Under the pieces are notes generated by a model. It made no database searches. It was not told where the DNA came from and saw only the letters and a program-made list of their open reading frames with translations. This document shows, piece by piece, positions 56,906 to 64,000 of a stretch of DNA of 64,000 nucleotides (positions are counted from its first letter, which is position 1; every line of letters starts with the position of its first letter). The DNA is taken from contig CAWCSP010000004.1 in the NCBI GenBank assembly GCA_963798215.1, forward strand, positions 6,751 through 70,750, written 5' to 3'. This DNA comes from an uncultured Acidobacteriota bacterium. GTDB lineage: Bacteria > Acidobacteriota > Thermoanaerobaculia > UBA5066. Both the position numbers and the translations under genes were made by a program.

Positions 56906-58426
56906 ATGTCGTCGCTTTTCCGGCGCAAGCCGCTCGATGCCCTGATCGCCGAGGGCGGCGACGAGGCCCACGGCCTGAAGAAGACCCTCACCTGGGTCGA
57001 CCTTCTCGCGCTCGGCATCGGCGCGATCATCGGGGCCGGCATCTTCGCCACGCTCGGCAGCGCGACGTCCGGCGGCACGGGCGCGCCGCCCGCGGGACCC
57101 GGCGTCACCGTTTCCATCCTCCTGACGGCCGTGGCGTGCGGCTTCTGCGCGCTCTGTTACGCGGAGTTCGCGAGCCTCGTGCCGATCGCGGGCTCGGCGT
57201 ACACGTACAGCTACGCGACGCTGGGCGAGCTCGTGGCGTGGATCATCGGGTGGGACCTCATCATCGAGTACGCCGTCGGGAACATCGCCGTCGCGATCTC
57301 GTGGGCGGCGTACTTCCGCCAGCTCATGGCCGGCTTCGGAGTGCAGATCCCCGCGTGGATGGCGACGGACTACCGCTCGACGCTCTTCGCCGCGAAGACC
57401 GTCGCCGAGTCCGGCGTCGCGAGCCTCGGGCCCGAGTACGCGCTCGCCTACGAGGCGCACCTCCACCACCCCGTCGCCCTCGGGATCCCGATCGTCTGCA
57501 ATCTCCTGGCGGTCGCCATCACGGCGGCGATCACGTGGATCCTCGTCATCGGCGTCAAGGAGTCGGCGCGGTTCAACAACGTGATCGTCGTCCTGAAGCT
57601 CATGACGCTCGTCTTTTTCATCGTCGTGGGCGCCCTCTGGGTGAAGCCCGCGAACTGGCACCCGTTCTTTCCCGGCGGCCTGCACGGCGTCTGGACGGGG
57701 GCGTCCCTCATCTTCTTCGCGTACATCGGATTCGACGCGATCTCGACGGCCGCCGAGGAATGCAAGGACCCCGGGCGCGACATGCCGCGCGGCATCCTCG
57801 GCTCGCTCGCGATCTGCACGGTCCTCTACCTCGCGGCGGCGCTCGTCCTCACGGGGATGATCCCGTTCGCGAAGCTGGGAGGCGTCGCCGACCCGCTCGC
57901 GGCCGCCCTCGCCTACGTGAACCAGGGATGGGCCGCCGGCATCCTCGCGTTCGGAGCCGTGGTGGCGATGACGTCCGTCCTCCTCGTCTTCCAGCTCGGA
58001 CAGCCGCGCATCCTCCTCGCGATGTCGCGCGACGGGCTCCTCGGCCCCTGGTTCGGGAAGATCCACCCGAAGTACCGGACGCCGCACGTCACGACGATCC
58101 TGACGGGGATCTTCGTGGCGTTCTTCGCGGCCGTCGCGAACATCGACGAGGTCGTCCAGCTCACGAACATCGGGACGCTCTTCGCGTTCGTGCTCGTGTG
58201 CATCGGGATCCTCATCCTGCGCGTCCGCGAGCCCGATCGGCCGCGGAAGTTCCGCGTCCCGTTCTCGCCGGTGACGCCCGTCCTCGGGATCGGGATGTGC
58301 CTCGTGCTGATGGCGGGCCTGCCGGCCGTGACGTGGATCCGCTTCGGTCTCTGGCTCGTGACGGGCCTCGTCATCTATTTTCTCTACGGAGCGCGCCGGA
58401 GCCGGCTCGCCGCCGCCGGCCGCTGA
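56906..58426 (+). CDS. APC-superfamily amino acid permease
   Basis: ATG after gaggagg. 12 or more TM helices. APC motifs. The ORF-track upstream extension to 56396 is an artefact. Confidence 0.9.
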   Translation: MSSLFRRKPLDALIAEGGDEAHGLKKTLTWVDLLALGIGAIIGAGIFATLGSATSGGTGAPPAGPGVTVSILLTAVACGFCALCYAEFASLVPIAGSAYTYSYATLGELVAWIIGWDLIIEYAVGNIAVAISWAAYFRQLMAGFGVQIPAWMATDYRSTLFAAKTVAESGVASLGPEYALAYEAHLHHPVALGIPIVCNLLAVAITAAITWILVIGVKESARFNNVIVVLKLMTLVFFIVVGALWVKPANWHPFFPGGLHGVWTGASLIFFAYIGFDAISTAAEECKDPGRDMPRGILGSLAICTVLYLAAALVLTGMIPFAKLGGVADPLAAALAYVNQGWAAGILAFGAVVAMTSVLLVFQLGQPRILLAMSRDGLLGPWFGKIHPKYRTPHVTTILTGIFVAFFAAVANIDEVVQLTNIGTLFAFVLVCIGILILRVREPDRPRKFRVPFSPVTPVLGIGMCLVLMAGLPAVTWIRFGLWLVTGLVIYFLYGARRSRLAAAGR

Positions 58427-58496
58427 CGAGATCGCCGGAAACGAAAGCGCCCGGAGCCTGAGGCCCCGGGCGTCGCGATCGTTCGACAGGGAATGC

Positions 58497-58832
58497 TTAC
58501 TTCGAGGCCTTGTCGCCGGGGTTCGTGCCCTTCTTGATCTCGTCGATGTTCGAGACGCCGTCGCCGTCGGAGTCCTTCTTCTCGATCGCCGCGAAGTTGT
58601 ACTTGCCGTCCTTCTTCGTGGCCTTGACGTCGAGGCCGTAGGCGTTGTTCGTGTGGTCGCCGTCCTTCTTGGGGAGCGACATCGTGTGGCACGTGGAGCA
58701 CTTCGTGTTCAGCGCCTTGGCATCCGGGTACTGCGCCTTGAACGCCTTCTGGATGTCCATCGTGGCGAGCAGGCTCGTGCCGAGGCCGAGAGCAGCGAGA
58801 AGGGCGAGAACGGAAATCGTCGTCTTCTTCAT
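58497..58832 (-). CDS. small secreted protein with CxxCH heme-binding motif and EF-hand-like DxDxDG loop
   Basis: AAGGAGGA RBS. Signal peptide MKKTTISVLALLAALGLGTSLLA. KCSTCHT. DSDGDGVSNIDE. About 60% GC. Confidence 0.65.
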   Translation of the reverse strand: MKKTTISVLALLAALGLGTSLLATMDIQKAFKAQYPDAKALNTKCSTCHTMSLPKKDGDHTNNAYGLDVKATKKDGKYNFAAIEKKDSDGDGVSNIDEIKKGTNPGDKASK

Positions 58833-58885
58833 GGGTCCTCCTTGAAGCGCGTATTAGAGCAAAAGCGCTATCTTGAGATCCGGTC

Positions 58886-61087
58886 TTAGTTGAGCGGCAG
58901 GCCGAGCGCGAGGTAGAAGCTGTGGTAACCGCGGTCGGCGAGGCCGTACGCGACGTAGAGGGGGCCGAGCGACGTGTCGGCCGCGAGGAAGGCCGAGCCG
59001 GCCAGACGGAGATCCGAGAACGTGAGGCCGGAGTTCCAGGCCTGGCCCGTCTCGAGCGAGAAGCCCGCGTAGACGCCGGTTCCGAGGAGCGAGTTCATCT
59101 TCGCGAGACGCTGGAACGCGATCACTCGGGCGAGGAACGCGTTGTCCGCGTAGAGCTGGCCGGGCGCGAGGCCCGAGAGGTTCAGGAAGCCGCCGAGCCG
59201 GGCCTGGTCGTACAGGGGACGAACGTCCGGGCCGATCCGGACGTCCGCCTTCACGCTCGCGTCGAAGGTGGTCTCCCGGAAAGTCTTCGCGAATCCGGCG
59301 CCCGCCAGCAGCTTGCCGTACCGGTCGTCGCCTCCGGCCCTGTCGAACGCCTCGAAGATTTCGGTGTGGGCAGCCCAGCCGTCGCGCGGGAACGTCACGC
59401 TGTCGGCCTGATCGAGGACGGCCTTCAGCCGCAAGGCGGCCGTCTGCGCGGTGCCGGAGGAGGGCTGGCCCGAGTAGATCTCCGTCTTGAAGTTCGTTTG
59501 CGAGCGGATGGCGCCGAGGCGGATCTCGCCGAACCGGCCGAGCGACATGCCGAGGTCGAGCGCCCCGGCGAATTCGTCAGTCCGGAGCCGCGCGACGTTC
59601 GCGTTGTCGACATAGACGTCAAAAGGCAGGCGCGTGAACGACACGGTCGGCGAGACGAAGAACCGCCCGTGGAAGTCCGTCGGCTGGTAGAACTCGAGAA
59701 GGACGCTGTTCTGCTGTCCGACCTCGATCTTCGTGCGCAGCTCGCCGCGCAGGGGGTTCAGGCGGGTAAAGTAGGCGCCCAGCCGCAGGCCGAACGCGCT
59801 GTCCGAGAAGTCCGTGTTGAGAAGGAGGCCGAAGCGCAGGCGCGTGGGGGCGGGCGGCTTCGGCGCGCCACCCAGGACGAGGACGCTTCTGTCGCCTTCG
59901 GACTCGATGCGGAAATCGACGGTCTCGTAGTCGCCGAGCTCGTAGAGGCGGGCGAGGTCGCGTTCGAGGATGGGCCAGTTCACCGTTCCCGGCTTCGTGT
60001 CGACCCGGCCCGCGATGAGGCGCTGGTCGACGCCCGGCGGCGCCTCGACGCGGACCTCCTGCACGACCGGGTCGACGCGCGGGTCGCGCTGTTTCTTCAG
60101 GAACGCCGCGTACGCGGCCTCGGAAACGCTGAAGCGCGCGAGCGTTTGGCGCATCGCGTCCGCGGCCTTGAAGCCCTGTTCGGAGGCCTTCGGAAACTGC
60201 TTGAAGTCCAGCGTCGAGACCTCGTCGAGGTTCGGCGTAATGAGGACGTCGTGGTCTTTCTTAAGCGTGGCGATCTGGTGCTCCACGTTGAGGCGCGTCA
60301 GGAATCCGCTTGTCTGGCCCGTGATCGAGAGGAAGCTCGTGATCTCCTCGCGCTTCTTGAGCGGCGTCGAGATGTCGATCGCGATCACGACGTCGGCGCC
60401 CATCGCGCGCACGACGTCGACGGGCATGTTGTCCACGGTCCCGCCGTCCGTGAGGAGCTTCCCGTCCCACTCGACGGGCGTGAAGAATCCCGGGATCGCC
60501 ATGCTCGCCCGGACCGCCTTCGCGAGGTCCCCCTTGCCGAGCACGACCTTCGCGCCCGTCACGATGTCCGTCGCGACGCAGCGGAACGGGATCCGCAGCT
60601 TGTCGAAGTCGCGGACGTTCGACGCCGGAAGGGTCAGGCGGCGGAGGAGGTAGTTGAGCTTCTGGCCCTGGACGAGGCCCTGCGGGAGGACGAGCTTTCC
60701 CTTGTGGAAGCCGAGCTCGGCCTTGATGAGGTAGAGCTGGTCGTCCTCCTTCTGTCGGTAGGGCTGGTCCTTGCGCGGCTGGTCGTCCTTGAGCGCGTCG
60801 TCCCAGTCCGTCGACGCGAGGACCTTGTCCATCTCGTCCGGCGACATGCCGGAGGCGTAGAGCGCCGCGACGATCGAGCCGATGCTCGTGCCCGCGACGT
60901 AGTCCACGGGGACGTGCAGCTCCTCGAGAACCTTCAGGACGCCGACGTGCGCGCCGCCGCGGGCGCCTCCGCCCGCGAAGGCGATCCCGATCTTCGGGCG
61001 GCGGGCGGGCGCGGGCGCGTCCTGGGCGGCGGCGGGAAGGGCGAGAGCGGCCGCGAGTGCGGCAGCCGCTGCGGCGCGGGCTCTCAC
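58886..61087 (-). CDS. patatin-like phospholipase fused to POTRA/Omp85 beta-barrel (PlpD-like type Vd autotransporter)
   Basis: GTG start. Signal peptide. GxSxG lipase motif (AGTSIGS) and DGG motif. C-terminal Omp85-type barrel ending in an aromatic-rich strand. Confidence 0.85.
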   Translation of the reverse strand: MRARAAAAAALAAALALPAAAQDAPAPARRPKIGIAFAGGGARGGAHVGVLKVLEELHVPVDYVAGTSIGSIVAALYASGMSPDEMDKVLASTDWDDALKDDQPRKDQPYRQKEDDQLYLIKAELGFHKGKLVLPQGLVQGQKLNYLLRRLTLPASNVRDFDKLRIPFRCVATDIVTGAKVVLGKGDLAKAVRASMAIPGFFTPVEWDGKLLTDGGTVDNMPVDVVRAMGADVVIAIDISTPLKKREEITSFLSITGQTSGFLTRLNVEHQIATLKKDHDVLITPNLDEVSTLDFKQFPKASEQGFKAADAMRQTLARFSVSEAAYAAFLKKQRDPRVDPVVQEVRVEAPPGVDQRLIAGRVDTKPGTVNWPILERDLARLYELGDYETVDFRIESEGDRSVLVLGGAPKPPAPTRLRFGLLLNTDFSDSAFGLRLGAYFTRLNPLRGELRTKIEVGQQNSVLLEFYQPTDFHGRFFVSPTVSFTRLPFDVYVDNANVARLRTDEFAGALDLGMSLGRFGEIRLGAIRSQTNFKTEIYSGQPSSGTAQTAALRLKAVLDQADSVTFPRDGWAAHTEIFEAFDRAGGDDRYGKLLAGAGFAKTFRETTFDASVKADVRIGPDVRPLYDQARLGGFLNLSGLAPGQLYADNAFLARVIAFQRLAKMNSLLGTGVYAGFSLETGQAWNSGLTFSDLRLAGSAFLAADTSLGPLYVAYGLADRGYHSFYLALGLPLN

Positions 61088-61091
61088 GGGA

Positions 61092-61463
61092 TCAGCGCCT
61101 CTGCTGCTTGAGGAGGTCGCGAATCTCCGTGAGGAGCACCTCCTGCGGCGAAGGGCCGGGAGCCGGAGCGGGAGCCGCGGCAAGCTTCGCCGCGAACCGG
61201 CCGAACGGAAGCACGATGAGGAAGTAGAGGGCCGCGGCCTTGATGAGGAACGAGACGACCGCGTTGAGGAAGTTGCCGAGCTGGACGGCGCCGATCTTGA
61301 TCGCGGAGAAGTCGGGCTGGCCGCCGAGCATTCCGATGATCGGCGTGATGACGTCCTTGACGAGCGAGTCGATGATCCCGCTGAACGCAACGCCGATGAT
61401 GACGGCCGCTGCGAGGTCGATGACGTTGCCCTTCATGATGAAGTCGCGGAATCCCTTGAGCAT
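61092..61463 (-). CDS. mscL: large-conductance mechanosensitive channel MscL
   Basis: MLKGFRDFIMKGNVIDLAAAVIIGVAF... is the canonical MscL sequence. Confidence 0.9.
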   Translation of the reverse strand: MLKGFRDFIMKGNVIDLAAAVIIGVAFSGIIDSLVKDVITPIIGMLGGQPDFSAIKIGAVQLGNFLNAVVSFLIKAAALYFLIVLPFGRFAAKLAAAPAPAPGPSPQEVLLTEIRDLLKQQRR

Positions 61464-61497
61464 GCGTTCCTCCTTGTCCCGTTGAGTCACACGAAGT

Positions 61498-62661
61498 CTA
61501 TCGAAACAGGCCGAGCCCGCCCGCGCCCGCGTAGCCCGTCATCTCGACGTACGCGCGTCCCGCGGGAACGCCTGCCGGAGTCGTCACGTCGCACGCTCCC
61601 TCCCAGTACGTCACGCGCGTCGACTTCTCCGTCACGAGCTCCTGATCCGGGAGGACGGGGGCGACGTCGAGGGCGAGGCCGGCCTTCGGGACCCGCAGGG
61701 TCCAGCGCGCGGGATACGTCGCGCCGCTCCTCGGGCTCTTCCAGCGGGCCGTCTCCTCGATCGTGAAGTCGGCCGCGGCGAGCGGGCGGGCCGTCCCGTC
61801 CTTCTCGACGAGAGTGCCCGACGAGAACGGCGTGCCGTTTCCGGCCGCGCCGCGCAGCCGGTAGAGCATGAGGTCGCGTCCGTCGAGGAGGTGCAGTGCG
61901 AACCAGTCCCAGCCCTGCGTCGCCTTGCCGATCGAGCCCGGGCCCCACTCGTGATCGAACCAGGAGAGCCCCGTCACGGCCTCGGTGGCGCCGCCCGAGG
62001 TCCACCAGCCCGTGCTCGCGAGTCGCGTGAGGCTGACGTACCGGCTGACCGCGTCCGGCTCGGGGCCTTTTCTCGAGATCGCGTTCGGGCCGTGGAGGAC
62101 AGGCGGCTTCTCGGGCGTCAGGACGAGCGAGAGCTCGTCGTCGCCGTCCCTCGCGTGGAGAACGAGGTGCCCGCCCAGCTCCTCCAGACGCCAGTCCTCG
62201 TTGGCGACGGAGAGCCGCCCGGTGCGGGCGTACGCGGCGCCGGGCCCGTCGCGGTGGAGGCGCTCGGCGAAGCGGAACGTCCCCTTCGACACGTCCGTCC
62301 GAGCGAAGTGCGCGAGGTGGAGGTCGCGCGCGGCGAACGCGGAGCCGCGTGGAGAGGCGTCGTCCGTGATCCCGGTCCGGAAGAACGTGAGCTGATACCC
62401 GAGCCGCTTCCCCGACGCCGTCTCGAGCTGGCCCGTCACGTACCACCATTCGACGCGCGAGTCCTCGTGCGCGCCGTCGTCGCGGGGGAAGGAGATTTTC
62501 TGGTTCGGATCCAGAGGCTTGAAGCGGCCGGCGTTCGTCGTCGTGTCGTCGATGCGCGAATCGGCACGGAGATTTTCTTTGAAGGTGAAGAGAAGGAGGG
62601 CGGCCGCCCCGGCGACGGCGAGCGGCCCGGCGAGAACCTTCAGCGAAGCTCGAACGCGCAT
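61498..62661 (-). CDS. AttH-like protein (CrtC hydratase-like plus lipocalin-like domains)
   Basis: VEWWYVTG and SWFDHEW motifs of the AttH/CrtC family. Lies downstream of an FtsX-family permease, as in the attFGH locus. Confidence 0.7.
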   Translation of the reverse strand: MRVRASLKVLAGPLAVAGAAALLLFTFKENLRADSRIDDTTTNAGRFKPLDPNQKISFPRDDGAHEDSRVEWWYVTGQLETASGKRLGYQLTFFRTGITDDASPRGSAFAARDLHLAHFARTDVSKGTFRFAERLHRDGPGAAYARTGRLSVANEDWRLEELGGHLVLHARDGDDELSLVLTPEKPPVLHGPNAISRKGPEPDAVSRYVSLTRLASTGWWTSGGATEAVTGLSWFDHEWGPGSIGKATQGWDWFALHLLDGRDLMLYRLRGAAGNGTPFSSGTLVEKDGTARPLAAADFTIEETARWKSPRSGATYPARWTLRVPKAGLALDVAPVLPDQELVTEKSTRVTYWEGACDVTTPAGVPAGRAYVEMTGYAGAGGLGLFR

Positions 62662-62800
62662 GGGCGCCCCGAAACGCCGCGGCGTCTCGAGCGCGAATCG
62701 CCCGATCACCCTTCTAAGAAAATTCACCGAAGCGGCCTGCTTCTCAGGCATCTCGCCGCACCCCGTCCGCTGTCGAAAAGGAAGCAAGGACATCATTCTT

Positions 62801-64000
62801 CTATTCCTCTTTCAGCGCGGCCGCGGCGTCCGTCGCGGCCGCGAGGCCGGCGGGGCGGGCGGCCGCGAGGAGCGTCGTCGCGAAGACGAGCGCGAGCGCG
62901 CCCGCGAGGAACGTCCAGGGCCAGCGCATCGCGATCGTCCAGCCGAAGCTCTGGCGGTTGATGACGTGGACGAGGACGAGCGCCATCGCGGCGCCCGAAG
63001 CGAGACCCATCGCGATGCCGAGCCCGCCGATCGCGGCGGCCTCGTACCGCACGGCGCGCTTGACGCGCGCCGCCGAGGCGCCGAGGACGCGCAGGAGGCC
63101 GATCTCGCGCCGCCTTTCGAGGACGAGCGCCGTCAGCGTGTTGAAGACGCCGAGGACCGCGACCGCGATCGCGACGGCCTCGAGCGCGTACGTCACCGCG
63201 AACGTCCGGTCGAAGATCCGGAGGACGAGCCTCCGGAGCGTCGCGTTCGTGCGCACGCGAAGCGCGAAGCGGCCTCGCAGCGCCTGCTCGACGCGCCGCG
63301 CGCCCTCCTCGGGCGAGACGCCCGGCCTCAGCGTCACGGCGGCGGAGACCGCGCCCTTCAGCGGCCAGATCCGCTGGAACCGCGCGCGGTCCAGCGTGAT
63401 CGTCCCGCGGTCGTTCGAGTAGTCCGTGTAAACGCCCGCGACCCGGACGCGCACCGGCCCGCCGGGACCCGGGAGGTCGACGGCGTCGCCCGTCGTCACG
63501 TGGAACTTCTCGGAGAACGGCTCGGAGACCATCGCGTCCCCGCGCGCGAGCGCGTCCGCGAAGACGCGCTTCGGGTTGCGGCCGTCCACGAGCGGAAGGT
63601 TGCCGTGCTTCGCGATGAAAGAGAAGAGGCCCGAGCCGATCGTGTACGGCGCTCCGTCCTTCGTCGCGGAGAACGCGAGGAAGGGGTCCACCTCGTCCAC
63701 GCCGGGCACGGCGCGGATCGCGTCGAGCGCCTCTTCCGGAATCCGGCCGAGCGACGGGCCCGAGCGTCCGCTCGCCGGGGCGACGAAGAGGTCGGACGAC
63801 AGGGTCTGCGAGACCCAGGTCGACACCGTCGTCCGGAACGAGCCGACCATCACGGCGACCGCGACCATCATCGAAAGGCCCATCGTGAGCGCCGCGACGG
63901 CCACGGACGTACGCGAAAGGCTGCCCGTGAGGTTCGCGCGGGCGAGACGCGCCTCGACGCCGAAGAGGCGGAGCGCGATTCCGTCGAGGCGCCCGGCCGC
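62801..64000 (-). CDS. ABC transporter permease, FtsX/MacB family (C-terminal part; gene continues past the window end)
   Basis: C-terminal 4-TM FtsX domain preceded by a large periplasmic loop. No start codon in the window. Confidence 0.75.
   Translation of the reverse strand, partial: AAGRLDGIALRLFGVEARLARANLTGSLSRTSVAVAALTMGLSMMVAVAVMVGSFRTTVSTWVSQTLSSDLFVAPASGRSGPSLGRIPEEALDAIRAVPGVDEVDPFLAFSATKDGAPYTIGSGLFSFIAKHGNLPLVDGRNPKRVFADALARGDAMVSEPFSEKFHVTTGDAVDLPGPGGPVRVRVAGVYTDYSNDRGTITLDRARFQRIWPLKGAVSAAVTLRPGVSPEEGARRVEQALRGRFALRVRTNATLRRLVLRIFDRTFAVTYALEAVAIAVAVLGVFNTLTALVLERRREIGLLRVLGASAARVKRAVRYEAAAIGGLGIAMGLASGAAMALVLVHVINRQSFGWTIAMRWPWTFLAGALALVFATTLLAAARPAGLAAATDAAAALKEE

Noticed and set aside
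58440-58480. Hairpin gcccggagcctgaggccccgggc between the convergent permease and cytochrome-like genes as a terminator
   Set aside because: The stem is plausible but there is no U-tract on either side. It could still be a bidirectional terminator, but evidence is too weak to list as a feature.

Overview
This is a very GC-rich (about 70%), gene-dense bacterial chromosomal window. It combines MglA/MglB, PEP-CTERM-like and FtsX/AttH genes, which suggests Myxococcota or Acidobacteria; that is a guess only. The high GC produces many long spurious ORFs in the six-frame track, often antisense to real genes. I called genes only where the translated product is recognisable or where signal-peptide and ribosome-binding-site evidence is clear.

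What the window contains:
- **RNA genes:** the 3' part of tmRNA at the window start, two tRNA-Ser genes (GGA and CGA anticodons), and SRP RNA (ffs) upstream of dnaX.
- **Housekeeping genes:** tadA, dnaX, recR, nadA, ada, kbl, moaD, moaE, mscL and an mmsB-like dehydrogenase.
- **A five-gene minus-strand operon (6987-13534):** two GH57 alpha-glucan enzymes, an EgtC-like class II amidotransferase, an aldo-keto reductase and an LpxL-family acyltransferase.
- **Cell-wall and toxin-antitoxin genes:** a divergent L,D-transpeptidase / DUF882 (LdtD/MepK-like) pair, flanked by YefM-YoeB and VapBC modules.
- **Transport, signalling and secreted proteins:** a propeller-GGDEF diguanylate cyclase, an OPT transporter, an APC permease, a PlpD-like patatin type Vd autotransporter, and an AttH plus FtsX-permease pair.

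The most interesting locus is an apparent single operon at 39.4-46.6 kb. It joins an ArsM-family metalloid methyltransferase to three genes I recall as a conserved but uncharacterised set: a CofC-like DUF2064 transferase, a radical SAM enzyme with a Cys-rich C-terminal tail, and a metallophosphoesterase. A complete ABC importer sits inside the same operon. This looks like an organo-metalloid (As or Se) small-molecule pathway.

Other notable observations:
- **Disrupted genes:** mglB, mglA and the aldo-keto reductase each carry two single-base indels, and the L,D-transpeptidase carries one. These are either pseudogenes or homopolymer assembly errors.
- **Low-GC islet:** a gene-poor 1.2 kb stretch (23590-24800) sits between convergent genes.
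- **Small peptide gene:** a 21-aa hydrophobic ORF lies behind a strong ribosome-binding site and a structured leader.
- **Lower-GC secreted proteins:** these include a small CxxCH-motif protein with an EF-hand-like loop and two paralogous secreted proteins.
- **Unusual fusion and gene arrangement:** a VOC domain fused to a histone-H1-like Lys/Ala tail, and an orphan parA inserted between moaD and moaE.

No CRISPR array, integrase or transposase was seen.
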